Numbered from the whole stretch's first letter, positions 8,917 through 18,338 are shown. The stretch: DNA of 33,388 nucleotides, filler included, from an uncultured virus (IMG/VR IMGVR_UViG_2049941000_000271) (15 parts of one record of this genome joined end to end with filler, not necessarily neighbours in it); one strand, 5' to 3'. Notes: generated by a model not told the origin, from the letters alone. Translations and numbers: made by a program.

Positions 8917-9140
8917 TTTTTTTTTTTGCTGCTTTCCTCGACAAGTTCCTCGATGGTCTTGCCGGTTCTCAGGAACACTATCACGCCCATCAGCTCCGTG
9001 AAGCGGGTCTTCCCTTCACCCGCCGCCCACGCCTGGAAGTCGGCGAGGTCGAAGACACGCAGCGGTGCCGCCTTCCCGTCATACGCAGCTACGTCCAGCG
9101 CGTTGCGGTATGCGAGGTACACGTGCTTCACGTACATATC
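8856..9140 (-). CDS. Tail assembly chaperone gpG-like, C-terminal part
   Basis: Overlaps 29117-29376 in sequence; ends shortly after the slippery KKKK run. Confidence 0.75.
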   Translation of the reverse strand, partial: DMYVKHVYLAYRNALDVAAYDGKAAPLRVFDLADFQAWAAGEGKTRFTELMGVIVFLRTGKTIEELVEESSKKKKRSFAAFRSSSRGSRSATGS

Positions 9141-9163
9141 NNNNNNNNNNCCAGCGCATAGCG

Positions 9164-9538
9164 ATGTGGGAGGAGGCTGCGGCCATCACGGTCAGCTGCG
9201 TTCTCTTTATCGGGATGGGGCTGGAGGCAGAGATCGAGAGGATTCTTTCTTGTCGGTTCAAGATTCTCTCGTGCCCGAAGTGCCTTACATTCTGGTCGGT
9301 GCTGCTGTTCGGGGTGGTCACCCGCCACGGCTTCGTCGAGACCGTCGCAGTCTCCTTCCTTTCCGCATACGCCGCGCTGTGGCTGACGCTGCTGTGCGAC
9401 GCGCTGACGACACTATACAACAGGCTCTATGAAACCATTACCACAACCGAGGGCGATCCCGCAGACCCCGAAGCGTCCGGCGATCAAGACGCTGCCGCCG
9501 AGGGTTCCGCGATGCCCGAAATGCACGAAGAACTATGA
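9164..9538 (+). CDS. Membrane protein with CxxC motif (DUF1360-like pattern)
   Basis: Hydrophobic segments around ILSCPKCLTFW; ATG at 9164 follows an upstream TAG. Confidence 0.6.
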   Translation: MWEEAAAITVSCVLFIGMGLEAEIERILSCRFKILSCPKCLTFWSVLLFGVVTRHGFVETVAVSFLSAYAALWLTLLCDALTTLYNRLYETITTTEGDPADPEASGDQDAAAEGSAMPEMHEEL

Positions 9539-10032
9539 ATAAGACGTTATATGAAATGACCAAGATGTACGGCGCGGGCAAAGGTGAGTCTATGATGTGG
9601 GACACCGTCCGCGTCATATCGGACGCCGTCGAGGAGGATATGCCGGAGGAGGCACGCGACCACCTCAAGCGCGAGATGTACGAGATGATGGCGGGCAAGC
9701 ACTTTGACGAGTATTTCGCAAAGGAGGCCGTGGCGAAGATGTACTACGTGGATTCTGCCGGGCAGCACCATACGGCGCCGTACTGGACGGAGGAATCCAT
9801 ACGGGGCATCTACGACCAGGTCAAGGCCGACATCCGTCCGTACAACTTCTGGGACTTCTACGTGACGCTCAATATGGAGGCGAGTGACAACTACGCCCTC
9901 ATCGAGCGCTGGTTCCCTGGGGAAGAAGGCTCGGACAAAGACCGCCGTTTCGTGGCGCTGGCCGTGAACTGGCTCAACGACCCGGATGCGCAGCATAAAG
10001 ACTGCAAGATCTGGTGTTACCTCAACGAGTGA
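9535..10032 (+). CDS. Uncharacterised gut-phage protein (DUF7841-like)
   Basis: Complete 165-aa ORF; HFDEYFAKEAVAKM, YNFWDFYVTLNM and WLNDPD...KIWCY motifs. Confidence 0.7.
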   Translation: MNKTLYEMTKMYGAGKGESMMWDTVRVISDAVEEDMPEEARDHLKREMYEMMAGKHFDEYFAKEAVAKMYYVDSAGQHHTAPYWTEESIRGIYDQVKADIRPYNFWDFYVTLNMEASDNYALIERWFPGEEGSDKDRRFVALAVNWLNDPDAQHKDCKIWCYLNE

Positions 10033-10057
10033 CCGAAGTGTCGCGTCGTTTCATTGG

Positions 10058-10088
10058 GGGAGGCTCCTATGGGCCTCCCTCATTTTTT
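10058..10088. terminator. Hairpin terminator between convergent genes
   Basis: GGGAGGC / GCCTCCC stem followed by a T run. Confidence 0.6.
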
Positions 10089-10626
10089 GAACACCCACGT
10101 CCCGGCGGCGTTATAATACTGGTCGAGCATCATATCGAGCTGCGGTACCCATCCCGTCGGTGAGTTCGTGATCCATATCTTGTTGNNNNNNNNNNNNNNN
10201 NNNNNNNNNNNNNNNNNNNNNNNNNNNNNNNNNNNNNNNNNNNNNNNNNNNNNNNNNNNNNNNNNNNNNNNNNNNNNNNNNNNNNNNNNNNNNNNNNNNN
10301 NNNNNNNNNNNNNNNNNNNNNNNNNNNNNNNNNNNNNNNNNNNNNNNNNNNNNNNNNNNNNNNNNNNNNNNNNNNNNNNNNNNNNNGCGAAAGCAGGAGA
10401 CGTAGTCCAGGTGCTGGCGGTACTGATTGTCGCGTGGTGCGACGCGGGGCGAGGGTACGCAGCAGATGTCGTCGCCGGTTCGCGTGATGGGGTGGTCTTC
10501 GCCCGCGAGGACGATGAGGTAGGGGTCTTTGAAGTGCCGCCGCCATCCAGCTACGGCGTACTCCAGCTCGCGGCCCTGCGCTCCCTCGGAGCACCAGGGT
10601 ATTACTATGAGTATTCGCTTGTCCAT
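10080..10626 (-). CDS. Putative glycosyltransferase/phosphotransferase (GT-A or Stealth-like), middle lost in a gap
   Basis: N-term IVIPW.....GRELEYAVAGWRRHF...IVLAGE; likely C-term NKIWITNSPTGWVPQLDMMLDQYYNAAGTWVFKK* in a frame the track missed. Confidence 0.5.
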
Positions 10627-10630
10627 AAAA

Positions 10631-10711
10631 CAAAGTTACAAAGATTCTTCAAAGAATTTTGAAAAAAATATGAAAATAATTTTGCAGATTAGAAAAAAGT
10701 TTGTAATTTCG
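10631..10711. promoter_or_regulatory. Divergent Bacteroidota-type promoters
   Basis: TAACTTTG on minus (10638-10631); TTTG(10681)-N19-TAATTTCG(10704-10711) on plus; AT-rich intergenic region. Confidence 0.6.
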
Positions 10712-10742
10712 CATCGTGAAACAAGAACAAATACTCAACACA

Positions 10743-11001
10743 ATGGAAACGAAGAACNNNNNNNNNNCTGCTCGGCGAGCCTGGCGAGTATGCCACCTTC
10801 AACCAGATCAAAGCCCGTGGCGGAATGATTCGCAAGGGCGAGAAGTGCCGGATGGTCGTATTTTACACGCAGGTCGTCAAAGAAGACGAGACGCGCACCG
10901 ACGAGGACGGAAACCCGAAGGCCGTCAGCATCCCCGTTCTCCGCTATTACAACGTGTGGAACATCAACCAGTGCGACGGCCTTGAGCCGCGCTGGAACGG
11001 C
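10743..11001 (+). CDS. ArdC-like ssDNA-binding anti-restriction protein (DUF1738), fragments
   Basis: YATFNQIKARGGMIRKGEK..VVFY...PVLRYYNVWNINQCDGL; linkage of the METKN start across the gap is assumed. Confidence 0.8.
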
Positions 11002-11011
11002 NNNNNNNNNN

Positions 11012-11698
11012 CGAGCGCACCGTTAGCGTTACCAAGCTCCGTGTATAGTTCACGGCAGTCGTCCGCGCCGTTGACAAGCGCGGCGAAGGCCGCACCCGCA
11101 TACTTACCCACGAGGTCGAAGGACTCCTTGACGCCCATCCCGCCGTCCTTCAGCCGCTGCAACCCCTCAACGAGTTCCTGCATCGTCCGCGGCTGCTTCC
11201 CGAGGGCCTTGTTCAGCTTGCTGTCCTCGTTGGCCAGCTCCGCGAACACGCGGCGCAGGGCCGTGCCCGCGCTGCTTGCGTCGATGCCGGCGTTGGCGAG
11301 CGTGCCCAGCAGGGCGATGGTGTCGCGCGTGTCGAAGCCGTATGCCTTCGTGACGGGCACGAGTTTTCCGAGCGTAGAGTCCAGATAATTGAACGACAGG
11401 GCCGACTTGCTGGTGCTCACGGCCATCGTGTTCAGCATCGCCGTCGTCTCCTCGGCGGTGAGCCCGAAGCCTCGCATCGTGGCACCGGCACGCGCCGCGG
11501 CGCTCGGCAGGTCGGTGCCTACGGCAGCGGCGAACTTCAGCACGGACTCCTGCATAGCGAGGATCTCCGGCTCGGCGAAGCCCAGCTTGGCGAGCTCCGT
11601 CTGTAGCTGCACGACCTCGCTGGCGGTGTACTGCGTCTTGCGCCCCAACTCGATGGCCGAGTCCGTCATACGCCCCAGCTTGTCGGCGGTGGTGCCGA
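11012..11698 (-). CDS. Tape measure protein, TP901-family core fragment
   Basis: ELGRKTQYTASEV...LAKLGF...LGTLANAGIDASSAGTALR. Confidence 0.9.
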
Positions 11699-11798
11699 NN
11701 NNNNNNNNNNNNNNNNNNNNNNNNNNNNNNNNNNNNNNNNNNTTAATTAATTAANNNNNNNNNNNNNNNNNNNNNNNNNNNNNNNNNNNNNNNNNNNN

Positions 11799-12552
11799 TG
11801 AACGAGCCCTCCGGCCACACGACGACGCTCTTGTCCTGCGGCACGTCCTTCTTGCGGATGCTGTCGAGGAATACGCGCTTCTTCTGCGCGTCGGCGTAGA
11901 TGGTGGTGTCGGTGAGGGAACGGATGACGGTGCCGGTCATCGCGCTGGTGTCGAGCTTGACCTCCATACGACCGTTGGCACGCTTGCCGTCGACCACGTC
12001 CTTGACGAGGTTCTTGAACTCGTCGGACTTGACGGCTTCGCAGAGTGCTTCGGAGACGGTCTGTTTCTTGGTGTTGAGGCCCTTGATCGCCTCGTTCATC
12101 TGCTTGATGGATTCGTCGAGGTTGTTGATCGCTTCCTCGTTCTTGGAGAGGGTATCCTTCATCTCGGAGATGTCGGACTTGTCTTTCTTGGCCTCGTCGA
12201 TCTGCTTGCGGAGGCCCTCATTCTCTTGGGAGAGGCGTTTCATTTCTGCCTTCATCTCCTCGAGCTGCTTCTTGATTTCTTCTTCAGGCATAGTGTTGTT
12301 GATTTTTGGTTGTTTGGTATCGTCTTTCCGCTCGCTCCCGGTCAGCTTGGCCAACGGGTTCGCGGCACGGGTGACGAGGCTGATTTCGTAGAGGTAGACC
12401 TCCTTGAGGTAGCGGAACACGCCCGTTGCGCGGGTCTCGTCCTCGCTGGGGTATTCGGCTTCCCTGGTCGAGTAGCCGATGGAAAATTCGTTGAGTGCGC
12501 CGTCCTCGATGAGGGTGGCGGCGTCGCGTCCGAGGGTGGTGTTGGAGATCGT
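11799..12552 (-). CDS. Prohead protease C-terminal part in frame with the scaffold/major capsid N-terminus (internal ATG at 12291)
   Basis: FSIGY and LYEISLVTRAANP protease motifs run without a stop into MPEEEIKKQLEE coiled coil and capsid-like sequence. Confidence 0.8.
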
Positions 12553-12652
12553 NNNNNNNNNNNNNNNNNNNNNNNNNNNNNNNNNNNNNNNNNNNNTTAA
12601 TTAATTAANNNNNNNNNNNNNNNNNNNNNNNNNNNNNNNNNNNNNNNNNNNN

Positions 12653-12887
12653 GCTGGTCTTGATGCCTCGAAATAGAATCTTGCCGCCGGTCACCGTGTT
12701 GTATAAATCATTCCCGCGCTGCACAAAGTCCCTCGATACGCGCAGGCGGTCAATTTTGTCCGTAAACTCCGGCAAGATCGAAGCCTCAGCATTGACGAGA
12801 GTATAACGAGTAAAGAGGATGGTGCCATCATCGTCGTAGGTGCNNNNNNNNNNGGGAATTGGGTCGTATGACGATGCGCGGCCTCAT
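12653..12887 (-). CDS. Terminase large subunit (PBSX-like), N-terminal fragments
   Basis: ATG overlaps the TerS stop; ILFTRYTLVNAEASILPEF...GGKILFRGIKTS. Confidence 0.75.
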
Positions 12888-13231
12888 TCAATCACGATCT
12901 CTGGTCTTTGTTCTTCGTCCGTCAGCGAAAGGCCGCCGCCGATTTCCTGCTTGTCTTTCCATCGTTCTGGTGCGAGGTTCTTGAGCATAAACTTCCCGGC
13001 CTCAACGGACGGAGGTATGACAATAAACTCGCGCTTCGCCATCTTCGGCACCAGCTTTTCCGTCGTGTACTCCTTGACCTTCTTCCCAGTCTTGGGGTCG
13101 TACTCTATGACCTTCTGCGCCGTGGCCTCGTTTGTCTCCTTTGTGAACTCCATCCCCAGCGCTGCCTTCTTCATCGCGTTGACGATCTCGATTTCCGTCT
13201 GCTGGGCGAACTTCGCTCGCGCACGCGATAG
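12884..13231 (-). CDS. Terminase small subunit, N-terminus missing
   Basis: KKAALGMEF...PPSVEAGKFMLKNLAPERWKDKQE motif, coupled to TerL. Confidence 0.75.
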   Translation of the reverse strand, partial: LSRARAKFAQQTEIEIVNAMKKAALGMEFTKETNEATAQKVIEYDPKTGKKVKEYTTEKLVPKMAKREFIVIPPSVEAGKFMLKNLAPERWKDKQEIGGGLSLTDEEQRPEIVIE

Positions 13232-13247
13232 NNNNNNNNNNNNNNNN

Positions 13248-13982
13248 TTCGCGGCCCAACTGTTCGCAAGCGATTAGCGTTGTTCCGGAACCGCCGAACG
13301 GGTCAAGTACAACGATGCGGTCGGTAAGTATCGACAATGCCTTTCCCACAAGTGCGACAGGGAAACAGGCATTATGGTCGGCATAATTATTATTTTGGTT
13401 GTTTACTTCCCAAAAGTTTTCTTCACACTTATCCAAACCAAGTCGTTCCCCGTTTGTGCNNNNNNNNNNCTCCCAAATTCTTTTCATACTTCCCTTGAAA
13501 GGAATGCTCCCGTGTTTTTTCCAACATATTTGCTCGATAAGGTAAGGGAGTTTCGTCACAATCTGAGATATGTATTCATACCTACTTTTGGCGTTGTAGT
13601 TTACATTCCAAAAGATAAAACCGTCTGTGTTTTGGAAACATAAGTCAAGGACTTTTGAACAAAAAGCAATATACGCATCGCTTTCAAGATTGTCCTTGTA
13701 ACCCTTGTTATATAGTCTTTGACTTGTTGTTTTTACGCCCTTTGCAATATGTTCTTGTGGCATTGCATTATCCCCGTTATACGGAGGGGACGTGAATACA
13801 ACCTCGGCCTTCTTTCCATTCATCAGTAAGGCCATAGAATTTTCATCGGTAGAATCCCCGCACATAAGCCGATGTTCGCCGAGCTGCCAGATGTCGCCCT
13901 TCTTGCAGCGGACGTGAATCTCATCGCTCCCCTCGTCGAAGTCATCCTCGTGTGCTTCTCCACCTCCAGTTCCTCCGACCCC
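13248..13982 (-). CDS. DNA methyltransferase (N4-C/N6-A, beta order), fragments
   Basis: GDIWQLGEHRLMCGDS, FTSPPY, HNACFP, VLDPFGGSGTTLIACEQ. Confidence 0.9.
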
Positions 13983-13992
13983 NNNNNNNNNN

Positions 13993-14488
13993 AATGCTGG
14001 CCACGTAGATGGCGCCCTTCTTCTTGTTGCTCGGAGTGACGAGCTGGCCCCTCCAGCGGAGGTACATCACATACGAGTCGGTCTTGGCGATGCGCTCGAT
14101 CTCGATCTCGAAGCCCAGCTTCTCGTAGAGATCCCAGATGCCCGTGTCGGCGAAGAGGAGGCTGCCCTTCGTCATCTTCCCGGTGCGCACCACGTTCTTC
14201 CCGAGGAAGTTATAGATGCCGCCGTTGACATACTCGAACAGAAGGCGGTCGTTCTTGTCCTTCAGGTTCTTGTACTTGGCGAAGTCGGACGGGTTCATAT
14301 ACATCGTGTCCGCCACGAAAGCGTCGTTGGTGGCGTTGTAGATCTGCGCGTCAATGGCGTCGTTCAGCTCTACGAGGCCGGGGTTGTCGAACTCTCCGGC
14401 GAGGCCAGCCACCGAGGCGTCGAAGGCGACGGAGCCCTGGCCGATGATGCCGTACATCTTCTTCTTGGTGGTGGCGTTGGTGTCAGCG
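13993..14488 (-). CDS. Major capsid protein (HK97 fold), C-terminal half fragment
   Basis: MYMNPSDFAKYKNLKDKNDRLLF...FLGKNVV motif. Confidence 0.85.
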
Positions 14489-14588
14489 NNNNNNNNNNNN
14501 NNNNNNNNNNNNNNNNNNNNNNNNNNNNNNNNTTAATTAATTAANNNNNNNNNNNNNNNNNNNNNNNNNNNNNNNNNNNNNNNNNNNN

Positions 14589-14647
14589 GCGTTCACCCTG
14601 GAGGCACGCTGCCGCGCCCGCTGGAGCGGTGTGATACGTTTTCGCAT
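14589..14647 (-). CDS. Minor head protein N-terminus, allele A (MRKRITPLQRARQRASRVN)
   Basis: Homologous to the gene starting at 31878; TAATG-coupled to the portal stop. Confidence 0.65.
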
Positions 14648-14739
14648 TATTCGACGGGCTGCTTCTCGTTGATGTCGCCGCCGAACTCATCGCCGAACAT
14701 AGTGCCGAGGCCGAGCATCGGCTTGTCGTAGATGCCGCC
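14647..14739 (-). CDS. Portal protein C-terminus, allele A
   Basis: GGIYDKPMLGLGTMFGDEFGGDINEKQPVE*, near-identical to 32051-32143. Confidence 0.6.
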   Translation of the reverse strand, partial: GGIYDKPMLGLGTMFGDEFGGDINEKQPVE

Positions 14740-14749
14740 NNNNNNNNNN

Positions 14750-15552
14750 CTCCCAGTTTGTTTTTGATTCCTATCTTTCGTAGATGGCTCGTGCAGGCAT
14801 AGTTGCAGGCATCCATTATGTGGTCGTCCTCCTCCTGCGGCTCGTCGATGTACCGCGTCTTGTCGAGTTTGCTCTGCTTCCAGCGGTAGCCGCGCACCTC
14901 TTGTTCGATGTTGTCGCCGATGAAGCACACGTCGAAGTAGCGCAGGTATTGGATGCGTCCCACCTTGTCGCGGTTGTTCGCTTCGATAGCCCACAGCATA
15001 TTGTCGATTTTGAGGCTCTTGATGTTCTCCGGCCTCGACGGGTCGCAGTATATCTCGCCGTCGTAGCGAAGGATGCCCTCAACCCATTCCGTGACTTCTC
15101 CGGCCATCCAGCCTTCGATGCCGTGACGGGCCAGCGACTCACGGAAGGCCGTTTCTCCCACGTTGCCCGTTATCTCCTCGCCCTCGCACGTCAGCGTGCG
15201 GTTCTCCCACACGAGCGTCTTGCCGCCGACGGTCAGCGTCCGCTTTCGGTTGAGGATGTCGTTGCGGATCACGCCAGCGATGACGGAGATGTTGTACTCG
15301 CCCCGGTACATCAGCTCCTTGAACCATAGGATGCCCGTTTCGGGGTCATAGGTGCAGCGCACGATCGCCGTCGGGTCTTGCACGCCCCAGTCGACACCGT
15401 ACCAGCATCGCAGGTGCGTCGGCCATTCCGCGTCCGTGACCTTCTTCCACCCCTTGTAGATGAGGCCCTCCTTGTGCATAGCGAAGTGGCCGAGCCAGAC
15501 GCGGTTGTACTTCTCGATGTCAACCGCCTTGCACTTCTCGGCCAGGGCGATG
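14750..15552 (-). CDS. Terminase large subunit, C-terminal nuclease region
   Basis: YGVDWGVQDPTAIV, IYCDPSRPENI, YRWK...DEPQEEDDHIMDACNY. Confidence 0.88.
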
Positions 15553-15652
15553 NNNNNNNNNNNNNNNNNNNNNNNNNNNNNNNNNNNNNNNNNNNNTTAA
15601 TTAATTAANNNNNNNNNNNNNNNNNNNNNNNNNNNNNNNNNNNNNNNNNNNN

Positions 15653-15864
15653 TTGCCGCAGAACACCACGAAGTCGCCTGTTCCTGGAATCGGGATGACG
15701 AGGATGGGGCGCTCCTCCAAGAAGTCTTTGTCCTCGTCGATGGATGCGGCTGTCTTGTCGATGTCATCCTGCGTCCATTGGCGCGGGTTCTTCGGCAGCC
15801 ATCCGAGCTGCCCCTCGTTCAGTTGCAGGTCAGCCACCCGCAGCAGTTTTCGTTCTTTTTTCAT
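15653..15864 (-). CDS. ParB/Srx-like N-terminal domain, probably the start of the methyltransferase at 13248-13982
   Basis: GQLGWLPKNPRQW...FLEERPILV...FVVFCG. Confidence 0.65.
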
Positions 15865-15877
15865 ATAGTTTGGTGTG

Positions 15878-16087
15878 TTATGGTCTATAATCGTCTCGGT
15901 GGTAAAGAAAGTCACCAACGATGTATAACAACAAGGGAGTGCCGACTATCAGTGCCACCGTTACGTCGAATCTCAACTCACAAGATGCGATCAAACTGCC
16001 CAAAGCAAAGCCAATCACGACCACCAAAATCCACTTAATCACATCTTTCGTGGTTTCTTTCAATGCGTATTTATCCCTTTCTTTCAT
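15878..16087 (-). CDS. Small two-TM membrane protein, lower GC
   Basis: 69-aa ORF with ATGA coupling to the upstream gene. Confidence 0.55.
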   Translation of the reverse strand: MKERDKYALKETTKDVIKWILVVVIGFALGSLIASCELRFDVTVALIVGTPLLLYIVGDFLYHRDDYRP

Positions 16088-16320
16088 CGTTTCGGTTTTT
16101 GGTATCGTTCACAAAACAGCCGCACCTTGTCATAGGTGCGCATCTCGATGTTCCCGCCGCGCAGGAAGCGCCGCACGACACTCGCGCTGATGCCCGTTCC
16201 CTTGCCTATCGCGTGGGCGTTGAGGTTCTTTGTCCTGACGAGACGCCAGATGTAGTTGCGGCGCGCCGCAGCCTTCGTGCGGCTGTACGCCTCGTACTCC
16301 TCCTCGGTGATCCACGTCAT
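16084..16320 (-). CDS. Small HTH protein (MTWITEEEY...)
   Basis: NAHAIGKGTGISASVVRRFLRG HTH pattern; ATGA overlap at 16317-16320. Confidence 0.6.
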   Translation of the reverse strand: MTWITEEEYEAYSRTKAAARRNYIWRLVRTKNLNAHAIGKGTGISASVVRRFLRGGNIEMRTYDKVRLFCERYQKPKR

Positions 16321-16846
16321 ACGGCAAGCCGTTTTTGCATCTTCGTCCACACCCGCGTAAAGTCGGGATACATCTTCGGATAGTCCAGGGCGTCGTGCAC
16401 GCGGCGGGCGGCGCTCATCANNNNNNNNNNNNNNNNNNNNNNNNNNNNNNNNNNNNNNNNNNNNNNNNNNNNNNNNNNNNNNNNNNNNNNNNNNNNNNNN
16501 NNNNNNNNNNNNNNNNNNNNNNNNNNNNNNNNNNNNNNNNNNNNNNNNNNNNNNNNNNNNNNNNNNNNNNNNNNNNNNNNNNNNNNNNNNNNNNNNNNNN
16601 NNNNNNNNNNNNNNNNNNNNNNNNNNNNNNNNNNNNNNNNNNNNNNNNNNNNNNNNNNNNNNNNNNNNNNNNNNNNNNNNNNNNNNNNNNNNNNNNNNNN
16701 NNNNNNNNNNNNNNNNNNNNNNNNNNNNNNNNNNNNNNNNNNNNNNNNNNNNNNNNNTGACGGCTCAACAGCCGCTTCGCCACCTCCCTCTGGTCGTCAT
16801 ACGGCAACGCATATAGCGTCTCCATTATCGCATCGAGTTCTGCCAT
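16317..16846 (-). CDS. Hypothetical protein, middle in a gap; C-terminus resembles DnaA-C-like HTH phage proteins
   Basis: Start MAELDAIMETL; end SAARRVHDALDYPKMYPDFTRVWTKMQKRLAV*. Confidence 0.4.
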
Positions 16847-16906
16847 TGTCGGGAATTTAGGTTATTATCAACGATTTGCGTGTGTATTGTCTATTCGTAG
16901 TCCGTT

Positions 16907-17323
16907 TTACCGTCCGAAAACAAGCATCGCGGCGTCGCGCCCGTGCTCGTTGGTCTGCTCCGTCCAGCCGGTGATGCGCCGGAACTGCTCGGCGGAGAGC
17001 TTCGTCATATTGTTCCTCGGCGCAACCTTCTCGAAAGGTATGCCCCAGTCCTTGAGCGCATCCTCCCAGATCGTGCAGTCGCGCTTGATGCTTCCTGCGC
17101 CCTGGAGACGCGCGCGGTCGCGGCTGGCGGTCTGCGTCCCGTACCATTTGCGCTGACGGGCGTCCTCGAAGATGACGCGCACATACGTGAGCCCGGCGTA
17201 CCTGGCCACGCGGAGCAGCGCCTCGTGAATCGGCAGCGCATCCACGCTTACGAAACGCTTGGAGCAGCCGTCCCACACCGCGAAGCCCGTGTGAGTGCCG
17301 GTGTCGATTCCTACGTAGATCAT
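16907..17323 (-). CDS. RuvC-like Holliday junction resolvase
   Basis: YVGIDTG...FAVW, IFED, NEHGRDAAML acidic active-site pattern. Confidence 0.75.
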   Translation of the reverse strand: MIYVGIDTGTHTGFAVWDGCSKRFVSVDALPIHEALLRVARYAGLTYVRVIFEDARQRKWYGTQTASRDRARLQGAGSIKRDCTIWEDALKDWGIPFEKVAPRNNMTKLSAEQFRRITGWTEQTNEHGRDAAMLVFGR

Positions 17324-17423
17324 TCGTACAGTTCTTTATGTTCATCCAGCCACCCCTGCGCCTGCTCCGCGCGTCCGTAGGAGCCGCCGCCGAAATGCTC
17401 TATGTACTCGAATATCGGGAGGC
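17320..17423 (-). CDS. C-terminus of a possible GT2-like glycosyltransferase
   Basis: LPIFEYIEHFGGGSYGRAEQAQGWLDEHKELYE*; H.ggxS motif only, 33 aa visible. Confidence 0.3.
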
Positions 17424-17523
17424 NNNNNNNNNNNNNNNNNNNNNNNNNNNNNNNNNNNNNNNNNNNNTTAATTAATTAANNNNNNNNNNNNNNNNNNNNN
17501 NNNNNNNNNNNNNNNNNNNNNNN

Positions 17524-17685
17524 GCCGTGCCGCGCCAGCAGCGGATGGTGTGCCACTCCGTGATTTCCTTGTCCTTGTACTTCTCGCTTGTGGCGAGGGT
17601 GAATTTGCCGACGGCGACACCATTCGGCGTCTGCCCCAGCTCCGGGTCTTTCCCGACCCGCCCGATCAAAATCACACGATTCATT
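17524..17685 (-). CDS. ssb: Single-stranded DNA-binding protein, N-terminus
   Basis: [15 protein letters not shown]...FTLATSE...TEWH. Confidence 0.9.
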
Positions 17686-17695
17686 GTTGTGTTGA

Positions 17696-17941
17696 TTAAT
17701 AGTTGATAGCGTCTTGTTTGTTGATGAAGAAGTGGATGCCGTGGCTGCACTCGTTCCAGCGGTTCTCGTCGAAGGAGTCGGGGTACACCATCTCGCCGAC
17801 CTTGTAGAGCAGATTCGCTTTCCGCGAAGTATTGAGCACCTCGTCGATAGGGTTGTTGCCGTCGGTGTCCGTGATGGCCAGCACCTGAGCCTTGTCGCAG
17901 CGGCATTTCTGCGAGGTGGCCGAGCAACGCCGCGCATCTTC
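17696..17941 (-). CDS. DUF5758-like C-terminal domain (usually follows pentapeptide repeats)
   Basis: [10 protein letters not shown]...[27 protein letters not shown]. Confidence 0.75.
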   Translation of the reverse strand, partial: EDARRCSATSQKCRCDKAQVLAITDTDGNNPIDEVLNTSRKANLLYKVGEMVYPDSFDENRWNECSHGIHFFINKQDAINY

Positions 17942-17952
17942 CNNNNNNNNNN

Positions 17953-18148
17953 GTAATTGCGGCGCCTTCGTTGTCAGCGCCTGGGTCGCACGCTCGATCA
18001 TATCGTCGTCAGCGATTCCCATTTGCGAGAACAAGTCCGGCTGCGGGAGTTTTACCTTGATCGCGCCGCCATCCGCCTTGATACCTTCCATCTCGTCCGC
18101 GATGCGGTTCAGGCGGGCGGCGATGTCTCGTAGTTCTTTCGCTTTCAT
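17953..18148 (-). CDS. Hypothetical protein, N-terminal fragment
   Basis: MKAKELRDIAARL starts 3 nt after the SSB stop. Confidence 0.5.
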
Positions 18149-18151
18149 AGG

Positions 18152-18338
18152 TCACAAGGGCAAATCATCGGATTGCGGTTCATAATTTTCTCGCTCGACC
18201 TGCTGCATCGGCTTCCCCTCGTTCTTTCGCGCCAGCAGCCGGATGTCGTCTGCCTCGACGAGAACCTGGCTGCGCTTCTGCCCGTCCTTCTCCCACGTCT
18301 CCGTGCGCAGCTTCCCTTCAACGGCGACCTCGTCTGTC
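18152..18338 (-). CDS. ssb: SSB C-terminal part, second allele (not in ORF track)
   Basis: VAVEGKLRTETWEKDGQKRSQVLVEADDI...QSDDLPL*. Confidence 0.8.

Noticed and set aside
5951..10032. Alternative genetic code (stop-codon recoding)
   Set aside because: Complete genes read through under the standard code and TAA, TAG and TGA all occur as plausible stops.
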